Shown here piece after piece: positions 29,160 through 39,143 of a stretch of DNA of 64,000 nt. Source of the DNA: a virus; IMG/VR virus record IMGVR_UViG_3300027899_001695, positions 36,208 through 100,207 of that record; one strand, given 5' to 3'. The number at the start of each line of letters is the position of its first letter. Position 1 is the stretch's first letter. Made by a program: the position numbers and the translations under genes. The notes under the pieces were generated by a model, which had not been told where the DNA came from, ran no database searches, and saw only the letters and a list, made by a program, of their open reading frames with translations.

Positions 29160-30219
29160 AGACACACCGATTACTACATCAATGATTAGGATGCGTCCTG
29201 CAGAAATTGAGGAAGCTATCGTAGGTAATTACAAGAAACGTGTTCCTCGTGCAATTATACTTGGTTCACCTGGGAGTGGAAAGACTTCTGTGCTTTATCA
29301 TATAGCAGACAACATCTTAAAAGTACCACGTTTTACATTTCAGGCTACTCTTTATGACCCTACTGAGGTTAAAGGATTGCCTGTAATGACCGAAGAAATG
29401 CGTGATGGTAAGTTGGTTAAGATTGCAAAATTTCTTCCTTTTGAAGATATGCCGTCTTGCCCTGAGGGACTTCTTATCATTGATGATATAACACATTCCG
29501 CACAACAGACACAAAATGCGTTCATGCGTCTTATTCTTGAGGGAATAGCAGGGGCATGGGATTTGGGCGGTTTGTATCCTGTTGCTACTGGTAATAGGGC
29601 GATGGATAGGGCAGGTGCAAAAGACCTGCAGACTGCTATGGCTAACCGCTTTTGGTTCGTTGAGTTTGAGGACAACTACTCCGATTGGCGGTCATGGGCG
29701 GTACAGAATGACATTCATCCTGCTATCATTGCTTACTTGGGTACTCCGTTTGGTCAAGATTGGCTAAACAAGTTTGATGCAACACATCAGATTAATCCGA
29801 CACAACGTACATGGGAAATGGCTTCACACCATATGAAGTCTATGTCAAGCAACGAAATACTCATGCGTAAATGTATTGCAGGGTGCATTGGTGATGAAGC
29901 TACTGCAAAATTCATGGGATGGATGAAAGTCTATTCACAGCTTCCCGACCTTAAAAAGGTTATGGCAGGAGAAGACATTTACGTTGATAATGTTGACGTA
30001 ATGTATGCTACTGTTTCCGCACTTGTTTCAATGGCAAAAAATGCGGATAAAAGAAAGGTTGCCTTTCAACGTTTAATTGACTATGCTTTGGGTATTCCTG
30101 ATGGATACGTTGAATTGGGTGCTTTGATTGGTAAGGACTTGTTCAAACTTGATATGGCTACGTTTGAGAAACTTAACCTTGATAAGTGGGAGTCACGTTT
30201 CGAAGAGATTGTAATCTAG
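29152..30219 (+). CDS. MoxR/dynein-related AAA+ ATPase
   Basis: Walker A GSPGSGKT, Walker B LIIDDI, ATGNR, AMANRF, TQRTWE. Confidence 0.85.
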   Translation: MAKDTPITTSMIRMRPAEIEEAIVGNYKKRVPRAIILGSPGSGKTSVLYHIADNILKVPRFTFQATLYDPTEVKGLPVMTEEMRDGKLVKIAKFLPFEDMPSCPEGLLIIDDITHSAQQTQNAFMRLILEGIAGAWDLGGLYPVATGNRAMDRAGAKDLQTAMANRFWFVEFEDNYSDWRSWAVQNDIHPAIIAYLGTPFGQDWLNKFDATHQINPTQRTWEMASHHMKSMSSNEILMRKCIAGCIGDEATAKFMGWMKVYSQLPDLKKVMAGEDIYVDNVDVMYATVSALVSMAKNADKRKVAFQRLIDYALGIPDGYVELGALIGKDLFKLDMATFEKLNLDKWESRFEEIVI

Positions 30220-30234
30220 TACAAATGTACTATA

Positions 30235-30495
30235 ATGCAGGAGAGTAAAATGAACAAAGAATGTAATGTTAGGGAAATATGCCCATTTGATTTGGAGAAA
30301 CTGGCTATCAAACAAGACACATTCCATCAAAAATGTTCCCCTGATGATACATTAAAAAAGGATGGCGACTTTTGTAGTAACGTATCATACTGTTGTGTGA
30401 TATGTTCTACAAAAGGTTGTGATGCACTAAATAAAGAAAGATGGGGCTTCAAAAGAACCTTATTAAGGATGAAATTAAATGCAAAGTCAACTTAA
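30235..30495 (+). CDS. Cys-rich microprotein, DPFK-tail family variant
   Basis: WGFKRTLLRMKL. Confidence 0.55.
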   Translation: MQESKMNKECNVREICPFDLEKLAIKQDTFHQKCSPDDTLKKDGDFCSNVSYCCVICSTKGCDALNKERWGFKRTLLRMKLNAKST

Positions 30496-30724
30496 TGACT
30501 ACCCAAATGCATTCCAACAATTAAACTTAGCACAAAAACAACGGTTATGTTTATATTGTTCTACACATGGTCTTTGTAAGCCAGCTAAAGATAAAACCCA
30601 ACGAATAGGAAATGGGTGTTATACAGGCTTTGAACAAAGTAAATGGATATGGTGTGGTCAATGGTTGGAGTTAGATTGGTTTAAAGTAGTTTTAATAACG
30701 AGGAGTAAAAATGAAAGTAAGTGA
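30479..30724 (+). CDS. Cys-rich microprotein, DPFK-tail family variant
   Basis: WLELDWFKVVLITRSK. Confidence 0.6.
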   Translation: MQSQLNDYPNAFQQLNLAQKQRLCLYCSTHGLCKPAKDKTQRIGNGCYTGFEQSKWIWCGQWLELDWFKVVLITRSKNESK

Positions 30725-30902
30725 TATACTAAATCGTCTCAAAGATACAAGAGGATTTATCAATGAACGTAAAATCTATGAAGAAGACGGTGAGTGTGAT
30801 GAAGACGAGTTAAGCAACATGGAGTTTATGCTTGAGGGCGTTGAGAGTGCTATTGAGTTCTTTGAGGAGTGGTTAGCAGAAAATGAAGACTTTGAGGAGT
30901 AA
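30711..30902 (+). CDS. Small acidic protein
   Basis: GGAG RBS; Glu/Asp-rich. Confidence 0.55.
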   Translation: MKVSDILNRLKDTRGFINERKIYEEDGECDEDELSNMEFMLEGVESAIEFFEEWLAENEDFEE

Positions 30903-31077
30903 GTAAATGAATGAGTTAGAACTGTTCTTTAGTGACTTAAATGAACAAGCAAAAAAGAAAGTAATGGAGTTTTATGGAATGGAAAGTGCAGGTGATGGTA
31001 ATTGGGAAATACTGCCTTTGTGTATTCTATGCAACGAAGATACAGAATATGTAAAAAGAGAAACGCAGGAGAGTTAA

Positions 31078-32184
31078 ATGGACGTAAAAGTAATTAGGGC
31101 AAAGGTTCAGTTAATGCTGAACAGACCATTCTATGGTTCACTTGTTGCAAGATTGCAATTAAAACCTTGGGATGGTTATACATTTGCTACTGATGGAGAG
31201 TTTCTTTATGTTCCTGCAAAGCATGACTACGATAAAGATACTCTTGAGTCAGTAGTAGCACATGAAACATGGCATTGTGCGTTGCTTCATCCATTTCGTA
31301 TTGGAAAACGTAACCATATGCTGTGGAACATTGCTTGTGATTATGCAATCAATGACCTGCTTCAACGTGATGGCTTCAAAATTCATAGTACGTGGCTGTA
31401 CGATAAGAAATACGCAGGTATGAGTGCAGAGAAGATTTATGAGAAGCTACCAAAAGATATGCAAATGCCAAAAGAATTGATAGACTTGATTGAGCGTCTT
31501 GATAAGGCAAGTAAGGGCAAAGGTAATAAGGGTAAGAACAAGTTTCCATCCAAATCTAATCAAGATTTAGAGCAAGAATGGAAAGAGAACATGGCTTCTT
31601 CTATTGAACGCAATCGTGGGCATCTTCCTGCAGGATTTGAGGAACAACTGACAGACTATATGTTCCCACAAATTCCTTGGCAAACTCTTCTATTCCGCTT
31701 TTTACAAGTCACTAAAGGTATGCAAGACTTTAGAGCATATCCGTTCCATAGGGCTCATATATGGCGTGGTATATTCTTGCCATCGTTGCAAGGTGACTTC
31801 ATTGAAATCAACGTGGCATGGGATACATCAGGAAGTATGAGCAACGAGGAACTATCAAAGGGACTTGCGGAAACAAGGGGAATGTGTGCAAACTTCGGTG
31901 GTTATCTCATTCATCTTTTTATGTGTGATGCGGATTGTCATTCGGTTACAGATATAACAGATGATTCAGAAGTACCAACAGTAGTAACAGGTCGTGGTGG
32001 TACATCATTTGTTCCTGTATTCAAGAAGATACAAGAATTGCAGTTAGATGATTTGCCACTTGTTTACTTTACTGACTTGGATGGTGAGTTTCCAAAAGAA
32101 GCAAAGGATGATACGCTATGGGTTACTTCCGAAAGGAGCAAGCATACTAAAATTCCATTCGGAGAACTTATCGTACTCAATTAA
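31078..32184 (+). CDS. DUF2201-type putative metallopeptidase with VWA-like domain
   Basis: HETWH (HExxH), WNIACDYAIN, DTSGSM MIDAS, GRGGTSF, YFTD. Confidence 0.85.
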   Translation: MDVKVIRAKVQLMLNRPFYGSLVARLQLKPWDGYTFATDGEFLYVPAKHDYDKDTLESVVAHETWHCALLHPFRIGKRNHMLWNIACDYAINDLLQRDGFKIHSTWLYDKKYAGMSAEKIYEKLPKDMQMPKELIDLIERLDKASKGKGNKGKNKFPSKSNQDLEQEWKENMASSIERNRGHLPAGFEEQLTDYMFPQIPWQTLLFRFLQVTKGMQDFRAYPFHRAHIWRGIFLPSLQGDFIEINVAWDTSGSMSNEELSKGLAETRGMCANFGGYLIHLFMCDADCHSVTDITDDSEVPTVVTGRGGTSFVPVFKKIQELQLDDLPLVYFTDLDGEFPKEAKDDTLWVTSERSKHTKIPFGELIVLN

Positions 32185-32201
32185 ACAAGAAAGGAGAGCA
32201 A

Positions 32202-32549
32202 GTGAGAATTACTGCAAGATATTCCGAAGCAAATACACATATGTATTTGTATCATGTGCCAAAATATGAATTGGCAAAGCTACTTGAAACAAAACAGTTT
32301 AGTGTTAAAGTAAGCGTGATGCGTAAGCCTACTGCTAAACAGAGCCAATACTATGATGAAAAAGAGTCTGTTGGTTATCATAAGGTTACGCTATCGCAAC
32401 AAGTAGCTACAGGCAGGTTAGATATAGTCTTGACGTCACATAGACTTACTGAGAAAGACATACTTGCCTTGAAGTTACAACCAATTCAACAGGCCGTTGA
32501 GAAAGAACGGCATCAAGCAATTACAGCCAAATTGAAAAAGGCTACCTAA
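32202..32549 (+). CDS. Hypothetical protein
   Basis: ORF with GGAG RBS. Confidence 0.55.
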   Translation: MRITARYSEANTHMYLYHVPKYELAKLLETKQFSVKVSVMRKPTAKQSQYYDEKESVGYHKVTLSQQVATGRLDIVLTSHRLTEKDILALKLQPIQQAVEKERHQAITAKLKKAT

Positions 32550-32553
32550 AATT

Positions 32554-32600
32554 GGGCGGGTCATTCGTTTAATTACGTTTGACTCGCCCTTTTTTTGTTT
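32554..32600 (+). terminator. Intrinsic terminator
   Basis: gggcgggtca...tgactcgccc followed by T-run. Confidence 0.75.
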
Positions 32601-32602
32601 CC

Positions 32603-32631
32603 GTAGCTTCAAAACCCTGCTGTGGTATACT
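32603..32631 (+). promoter_or_regulatory. Repeated promoter, copy 3
   Basis: gtagcttcaaaaccctgctgtggtatact. Confidence 0.8.
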
Positions 32632-32845
32632 GTCAGGGTAGAGAAAAAACAGATAGGAGAGATAAAATGCCAAATATAAATGGGTACTTAGTATCAACAA
32701 ACTGTCTTGATGCACCTGTTCAAATAGAAGAAATAAGAGATACAGATGAAGACTTGATAATCTTATTTGACAAACCTTTTACTTTTGCACTTTGGTTTAA
32801 TAAGAAAGAAAAAGAAATCTTAATTGATATTCTTAATGGAGCATA

Positions 32846-33211
32846 ATGATGGCAATTAGAGAAGTAAAACTATTTCAAATACCGCCAATAATAGCAGTTA
32901 TGCCTGTTATTCCAGTAACTACAACACCATGTAACAAGTATAGGTATAACGAATACGAACCTGAAATGACAAGATTTCATCCTGATGATATGACAGGAGA
33001 AGATATACCTTGGTACTTACAACCTGAAATGCAAGGCGTAGCAAAAGAGATATATGATGCTACTTCAAGTGATAGAACAAGTGCTTTTGCTTGTAAGGCT
33101 TGTGGTGTTATACCATCAGTAAGGGATAGACGCTATGTAGTTAAGACAGGCAATATTGAGTTAGCTTGTAGTGCCGAATGTGTGGCTACAATAAAAAAGC
33201 GGAAAGGATAA
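32846..33211 (+). CDS. Zinc-finger (TRASH-like) protein
   Basis: CKACG...ACSAEC. Confidence 0.5.
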   Translation: MMAIREVKLFQIPPIIAVMPVIPVTTTPCNKYRYNEYEPEMTRFHPDDMTGEDIPWYLQPEMQGVAKEIYDATSSDRTSAFACKACGVIPSVRDRRYVVKTGNIELACSAECVATIKKRKG

Positions 33212-33486
33212 AATAAAATGAATGATTGGTTATTTAACTTTTGGTGGCAACAAAAAGTAATTTCAATGTGGTTATTGCTACCAGTTATACTATTTGGTAT
33301 AATAATGCTAATAAAAATAGTGTGTAAAAAGGAGAAATAAATGAAAACGTATGAAATGCCAGTAACATTAACAATCAAGTTTGAAGCAGAGAATGAGAAA
33401 CAAGCTATGGAATTGCTTACATTCATGTTCATCAATCCTAAATTTGAAGAAAAGTTTGAAGCAAGGCTATTAGATGTTGAAGAAGA

Positions 33487-33828
33487 TTGGGGCGAGTTGC
33501 AGTTACTCAAATGAAAGAAATAACAACTATTGTATGTAAACTTGAACAGACTGAAAGCAAAGAGTATCACGCTATTGAAGCAGGTGAATGTAAACGTGGA
33601 CAAGGACTTATATATGACCACATGACAGGATATAGGTGCTTGAGAGAGAATGGCACGTTAGGACATTGTATTAGAGTAACATCTGATGGCAGTATGTTTA
33701 CGAACTTCAATGTGCGTGATGGCTTTAAGGTTAGCTTAGTAATCAATGACCTTAATCAATTAAAGACAAGCACAATAAAAAATGCGGATAAAAGAAAAGC
33801 ATTTATATGGGATGGCACAGTAGGGTAG
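33487..33828 (+). CDS. Cys-rich protein, DPFK-tail family variant
   Basis: RDGFKVSLVINDL; stop inside promoter repeat 4. Confidence 0.5.
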   Translation: MGRVAVTQMKEITTIVCKLEQTESKEYHAIEAGECKRGQGLIYDHMTGYRCLRENGTLGHCIRVTSDGSMFTNFNVRDGFKVSLVINDLNQLKTSTIKNADKRKAFIWDGTVG

Positions 33829-33853
33829 CTTCAAAACCCTGCTGTGCTATACT
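33824..33853 (+). promoter_or_regulatory. Repeated promoter, copy 4
   Basis: ggtagcttcaaaaccctgctgtgctatact. Confidence 0.8.
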
Positions 33854-33893
33854 GTGAGAGTAGCAAAAATAAACAGATAAAGGAGAGTTAAAG

Positions 33894-34649
33894 ATGCCTA
33901 CAAATCTATTAAACAATGACCCAAGACTAAGCTATCCATTATTCAGGGATGAAAACGGAAACATTCCAGTCATTAAGAGTCTAAATCGTTTGGGAAATAT
34001 CGTATATCAAATACCAAATGATAATGCTCAAATAGTCTATCGGATATTGGTATATGAAGCATCAAATCAAAATGAAGATGTATATAACAATCTGGTGGTA
34101 GCCAATCCTAATAGCTATAGACTACGATTGAATAATCAGGTAATGGTAGAACGTGTTAGTACGATTGATTATACTTATCCGTATAATAGTAATGGTGAAA
34201 GACCACGTAGATTAACAGGTTTGAAATTCAAGGTAGACGTACCTACACGTGGTTCATGGGGAAGATGGCAAAGTTATTCAGCACGAACAGCATCAGTAGT
34301 GCGTGGTACAATTACTTTTAATGCAATGCAAAATGTATTAAGGGAAGTTAATCAGTTACTTGAACACCATATAGAACATGAGAATGAACGCCAACGCCTT
34401 CATCGTATAGAACGTGAACGAATAGACCGTGAAGCTAATCAAGCAAGTGTCTTTATGAATAGTGTACTTGAACACTATCCACTTGAACCATCTGATGATT
34501 ATGGTTGGCGTAACAACTTTACGCAAGTACGTTTGTCTATTGTAATAGATAAGTATCAAGTAGCAAAAGTATTTGATGCTATTCATAATGTTCGGCATAT
34601 GCAGACCAATCCGTTGGATGCAGAATACCTACTGAAAAAGGATTACTAA
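33894..34649 (+). CDS. Hypothetical protein
   Basis: ORF with GGAG RBS directly downstream of promoter. Confidence 0.65.
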   Translation: MPTNLLNNDPRLSYPLFRDENGNIPVIKSLNRLGNIVYQIPNDNAQIVYRILVYEASNQNEDVYNNLVVANPNSYRLRLNNQVMVERVSTIDYTYPYNSNGERPRRLTGLKFKVDVPTRGSWGRWQSYSARTASVVRGTITFNAMQNVLREVNQLLEHHIEHENERQRLHRIERERIDREANQASVFMNSVLEHYPLEPSDDYGWRNNFTQVRLSIVIDKYQVAKVFDAIHNVRHMQTNPLDAEYLLKKDY

Positions 34650-34849
34650 TATGAGTAGCGGATTACGGAGAGTATACAATATCCAATCAAATACAGACCC
34701 ATTATGGTATTCAATTCAACAGAAATGGTATCTACCACGACATCATAGGATATTTAAGAAACTTTATGAATGTCCTAAATGTGGCAAACCAACTTTAACA
34801 AATAAACGTTGTTCAGACAGATGTAAAAATAAAAAAGGAGAGTTAATCA

Positions 34850-35611
34850 ATGTGCAGACTATCAGCAATCATTCAACTCGGAGAGCAGAAGGCAACACCG
34901 CTTGAGATTAAACAACTACTTATATCAATGGAAGATGGTGGCAAGGATGCGACAGGTATCGCTTTTATAACACCTGATGATATAATTTATGCCAAACAAA
35001 AGGGAAAGGCAAGTGATGTTATATCAAGCACCTTTGAAAGTGATATAGAGCAATATAGTGAGAAAGCTAATGCAATTATATTGCATACAAGGGCATCTAC
35101 TCATGGTTCACCTAATAACAATGACAACAACCATCCTATCATTGGTGAGAAGTACATACTGGTACATAATGGAATTGTTCATACAGATAGAAAATATCCT
35201 GCTAAGGGTGAAACTGATAGTGAGCAAATGCTTCGGTCTATTGAGTTTAACGGAATTGATAAAGGATTGTCTAAGTGTTCAGGATGGGTAGCAATGATAT
35301 TTGCTGATATACAGAACCTTAAAGACTTTTATTGGTTTTCAAATCCAACAGCCAGTATGTCAGCAGGACATGATAAGGAACGTGGTATATGGTTTATAGC
35401 ATCAACCTATTCCATTATTACTCAAAGTGTCATACCAAATACTATCGAATACAGTATAGCGAAGAATTCGCTATATAAATGTGACCTATCAACAGGTAAA
35501 ATGAGCATTGAGAGTAAGCCTGTGGTAAAGCAAAATTACTATGCTAATTCATCATTTGATTGGGATGGTTTTTATGCTAAAGGAAAATATAATAAATCAT
35601 ATGCTTACTAA
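34850..35611 (+). CDS. Class II (Ntn) glutamine amidotransferase
   Basis: N-terminal Cys (MCRL), GKDATG, HTRASTHG, NNHP, HNG, TDSE. Confidence 0.88.
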   Translation: MCRLSAIIQLGEQKATPLEIKQLLISMEDGGKDATGIAFITPDDIIYAKQKGKASDVISSTFESDIEQYSEKANAIILHTRASTHGSPNNNDNNHPIIGEKYILVHNGIVHTDRKYPAKGETDSEQMLRSIEFNGIDKGLSKCSGWVAMIFADIQNLKDFYWFSNPTASMSAGHDKERGIWFIASTYSIITQSVIPNTIEYSIAKNSLYKCDLSTGKMSIESKPVVKQNYYANSSFDWDGFYAKGKYNKSYAY

Positions 35612-35641
35612 GGTAGCTTCAAAACCCATTTGTGGTATGAT
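35612..35641 (+). promoter_or_regulatory. Repeated promoter, copy 5
   Basis: ggtagcttcaaaacccatttgtggtatgat. Confidence 0.75.
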
Positions 35642-35681
35642 GATAGCATAGCAAAAATAAACAGCAGGAGAGTAAAACAGT

Positions 35682-36875
35682 ATGGCAAAGAAACTAAATC
35701 TTACTTATGGTGCAGACCCTGAATTCTGCATATATGAAAGGATAACCCAACGTACTGCCGATGCATGTCATGTTATAGCAGGTGCAAGCCTATCAAGTCC
35801 CATCGGACATGATGGATGCTCTTGTACAGGTGAATTAAGGTTGCCACCTACTCATAGTGCCGAAAGTGCATTTAAGGCATTGAAAAATCTACTTAAAGTA
35901 GAATTGCCGAAACGCCTTAACCTAATAGAATATGACATTACAGCAGGTTCAGGTACTGAACACCAATGTACTGGTGGTCATATTCATATAGGTGGTTTGG
36001 GAATGAACCCAACGCATCAAATACTTAATAATATTTGGCGTTTCATATCTACACCACTTAATAGCATTTCAAGGACTGCGAATAGGCATAGGGCTTATGG
36101 GAATAAAGACGACTATCATCGGCAAGAGAAGTATGGCGGATATGAATTGCGTAGTCCGCTTTCATGGATTGTAACGCCACGCATTTCAAAGGGCGTATTC
36201 GTTATAACTTCTATTCTTGCTAATAATGCTACTACTGATTTCCCTGATTGGGATGCTCTTATTGCAGTAGCAAATAAGCAGGAACAGATTGTCATATCAT
36301 CCTATCGCAAAGAGATTGCATGGTTTCTTTCAAGTGGTACTAAACTTGAAGATATAAGCGTTATTAAGGCATGGCGTAGGCGTAATATAAGTAAGTGTAA
36401 GACTACATCACTTACTACTGTATTTCACATCATTTCATTCTCACGTGATATGAATATGAATGAGATATTCTTTACGACCAAACGCAATCCTGTTTGTCGT
36501 ATTCCTTTGCGTGTAGTCGGTGCAAGGTCAGGCCGCACATCTGAAAAAGCGGTTTTAATTCCCAATGATTGGACTTTTGTTCTACCTGATATACTTTGGG
36601 GCGTAAGGATAATCAAATGGGGACATCAGGCTGTAGGGCTTTCAAGGGCGTTGCGTGAAGATGCCGTTGAAGCGAAAAGGTTCTTCATTCAATTCATAAA
36701 GATATTGAATAGGCAAATAAAAAAACGGCAGGAAGAAGATAAACTTCCTGTTGTTCCTGTTAATCCAATAGCAACAGCATCGGTTAGAATGGAAGTAGTA
36801 GAACGTGATGATTATGACCATTGTACTGATTGTGATGATGATAGTGATTGTGATAACTGCCAGTACAGTAATTAA
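35682..36875 (+). CDS. phiEco32-type COOH-NH2 ligase (amidoligase)
   Basis: GADPEF, GHDG, ELR, GGHIHIG, YG, YELRSPLSW. Confidence 0.8.
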   Translation: MAKKLNLTYGADPEFCIYERITQRTADACHVIAGASLSSPIGHDGCSCTGELRLPPTHSAESAFKALKNLLKVELPKRLNLIEYDITAGSGTEHQCTGGHIHIGGLGMNPTHQILNNIWRFISTPLNSISRTANRHRAYGNKDDYHRQEKYGGYELRSPLSWIVTPRISKGVFVITSILANNATTDFPDWDALIAVANKQEQIVISSYRKEIAWFLSSGTKLEDISVIKAWRRRNISKCKTTSLTTVFHIISFSRDMNMNEIFFTTKRNPVCRIPLRVVGARSGRTSEKAVLIPNDWTFVLPDILWGVRIIKWGHQAVGLSRALREDAVEAKRFFIQFIKILNRQIKKRQEEDKLPVVPVNPIATASVRMEVVERDDYDHCTDCDDDSDCDNCQYSN

Positions 36876-36889
36876 GTAGGAGAATAAAT

Positions 36890-37294
36890 ATGCCGAAAGT
36901 AAAAGCAAGTACAGTAATTGATAACATCGTAAAACAGTATGCATCTATTGATGCACAAGTAAAGTTACTTGAAGTAACAAAAGCAACACTACGCAATAAG
37001 GTAATTGAATGTATGAAAACACATGATACTACTGAGTGGAGTGTAGATGGAGTTACAGTTAAATTAGTCAAAGCGGAAACTGTTAAATTCAATGATGAAG
37101 CTATGGCAGAGTTATTGGGTAGGCGTTTCAATGACATATCCGATAGGACAACCAATAGGGAAAAATTCAAATCTGCTATGGTATTAAACAGGTTTGATGG
37201 AATTGATTTTTCCAACGCTATCAACAAGGTGATTACAGATAGGCTGTTAGTTGATGGCAAAAGCACAGCAAAACTTTCATTCGTGATTGAGTAG
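36890..37294 (+). CDS. Hypothetical coiled-coil protein
   Basis: ORF with GGAG RBS. Confidence 0.6.
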   Translation: MPKVKASTVIDNIVKQYASIDAQVKLLEVTKATLRNKVIECMKTHDTTEWSVDGVTVKLVKAETVKFNDEAMAELLGRRFNDISDRTTNREKFKSAMVLNRFDGIDFSNAINKVITDRLLVDGKSTAKLSFVIE

Positions 37295-37298
37295 GGTA

Positions 37299-37328
37299 GG
37301 TAGCTTCAAAACCCTGCTGTGCTATACT
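37299..37328 (+). promoter_or_regulatory. Repeated promoter, copy 6 (drives a non-coding region)
   Basis: ggtagcttcaaaaccctgctgtgctatact. Confidence 0.8.
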
Positions 37329-37334
37329 GTTAGG

Positions 37335-37654
37335 GTAGGGCAAACAGCATCCATAACTACGGCAGGGATAATGAGTATCTAATCCAACAGCGTACAGACC
37401 GAGTGCAGTATACGGCTTTAATCTTAATTAGTATACTGATTAAGACAAGCTATTCTGCGGGTGGTGCAGTATCGTCTTAACTGATGAACATACCTTATTA
37501 TCGTTGTTTAATTGCAAGGTTAGCAGGTGGTGTTAATCAAGTGAGTGAACAGCCTGTGCAACAGTTATTTAGAAGCGTGTTTCGCTATCATGGTGGCGAT
37601 GCCCATTTGAAGTAAGCCTATACAGATGTCGGTTACTTCAAATGGGCATTTTTT
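37335..37654 (+). ncRNA. Candidate structured ncRNA of about 320 nt
   Basis: Lies between a promoter and a long terminator; no RBS-led ORF; internal hairpins. Confidence 0.45.
37599..37654 (+). terminator. Long-stem intrinsic terminator
   Basis: atgcccatttgaagtaa...ttacttcaaatgggcat plus T-run. Confidence 0.8.
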
Positions 37655-37701
37655 ATTATCTATTTATCAAATTTGCGTATTATAATTAACAGGAGATATA
37701 A

Positions 37702-38046
37702 ATGAAAGCAAAAGTCAATTTCGGTGATATTCTAATAGAGATTTCCAATGGATGCAAAAGACAGTATGATATAGAGTATTTGGGTAAGACGAATATAGGT
37801 TTCTTCCTTGAATATGGCGATTATCCTGAAATACTTACAGGTGATGATGGATATAGGTATTATGCCAGTATCAATATACTATGGTTCAAGCTATTCGTAT
37901 CATGGACATGGGGTTCATACGATATAGAAACTGAACAAGCCGTAGCAGTAGCAGATAAAATGGATACTGCTAATACATATAGCGTAGCAGATACTAAAAT
38001 ATATGATACTAAGATAGCAGTACCATTGTTTCCTGTTAGCAATTAG
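37702..38046 (+). CDS. Hypothetical protein
   Basis: ORF with GGAG RBS. Confidence 0.55.
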   Translation: MKAKVNFGDILIEISNGCKRQYDIEYLGKTNIGFFLEYGDYPEILTGDDGYRYYASINILWFKLFVSWTWGSYDIETEQAVAVADKMDTANTYSVADTKIYDTKIAVPLFPVSN

Positions 38047-38216
38047 CATCCTGCAAATAATTGAAAGGTAGGTTAAGATAATCAAATTATTTGATAGGAG
38101 AAACAAGAATTGGCTAATCCCACACATCAACGTAAGATTACATTCAAAGCACCTAAGGTAAGTACGAAAATGCCTAAGGTGAAGTTACCTAAGATAAAAA
38201 AGCGGAGATAAAGAAA

Positions 38217-38507
38217 ATGGATAGTTATATATGCCCACAATGTAACCAAATATATAAGGGATGGTCAGGGCATACTAATTGTTTTGTATGTGGTACTAAA
38301 TTAGTACCATATACAGATATAAAGGACAAAGATAAAGAGTTACCTATAACAAGTGAGTTTCCAATAGAGAATTTGCCTTATACGATTAAGGCAACACGTT
38401 TCGGTGATAGTACCATAATTACTTTTACTGATACGATACTGCATGAGCATGAAACATTTGCTATTACAGTATATGAAGACCATATATACATAAGTACAGC
38501 AGGGTAG
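38217..38507 (+). CDS. Zinc-ribbon protein
   Basis: CPQC...CFVCG; stop inside promoter repeat 7. Confidence 0.6.
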   Translation: MDSYICPQCNQIYKGWSGHTNCFVCGTKLVPYTDIKDKDKELPITSEFPIENLPYTIKATRFGDSTIITFTDTILHEHETFAITVYEDHIYISTAG

Positions 38508-38532
38508 CTTCGGAACCCTGCTGTGGTATACT
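38503..38532 (+). promoter_or_regulatory. Repeated promoter, copy 7 (variant)
   Basis: ggtagcttcggaaccctgctgtggtatact. Confidence 0.75.
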
Positions 38533-38682
38533 GTATAGGTAACAGAGAAAATAAAAAATGCGGATAAAAGAAAATGTATAGTAACGTAGAATGTATAGGT
38601 ATATTTGTACTGGCTATGACATTCCCATTATGGATTATACCTTACTTGATATATAAGTTTTATCATAGGCAGATAGTAGGCA

Positions 38683-38712
38683 GGTAGCTTCAAAACCCTA
38701 ATGTGGTATACT
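38683..38712 (+). promoter_or_regulatory. Repeated promoter, copy 8
   Basis: ggtagcttcaaaaccctaatgtggtatact. Confidence 0.8.
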
Positions 38713-38717
38713 AAGCT

Positions 38718-38909
38718 ATGATGAAAAAACAGATGAAAGGTAAAACAACCAGAGCTAAGTCTAACATGGATATGGTTCGTATAGCTAAGTGTGCAAACTG
38801 TGGTAAAAGCTATGAACAATCGGATTACTCTATACTATGTGATGCGATAACAAAGTATAAACCAGTATGCTCATTAGCTTGTAACAAGGCAATAGGTCAG
38901 GTACGATAA
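38718..38909 (+). CDS. Zinc-finger microprotein, possibly leaderless
   Basis: CANCG...CSLAC; ATG about 6-9 nt after the -10 box. Confidence 0.55.
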   Translation: MMKKQMKGKTTRAKSNMDMVRIAKCANCGKSYEQSDYSILCDAITKYKPVCSLACNKAIGQVR

Positions 38910-39143
38910 CCCATAGTAAAATAAAAAAAAGCGGATAAAAGAAAATAAATTAAATAGGAGAGTTAAATTGGATATAATTAGTTTTGGAGAAGTGTTTACA
39001 GTACAGAACATACCAGTACATACTATGAAGCTAATCATTAAAGCATTAAATTATAGTATTGTAAATGATATATATAATCCTGATGATGTAGAGATAGTGG
39101 TTGATTTGAGTAATGCTTTATATTATAAGATAGTAAGACAGCA

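Noticed and set aside
37481-37487. CTGATGA as a hammerhead ribozyme core
   Set aside because: No stem II followed by GAAA in the required position
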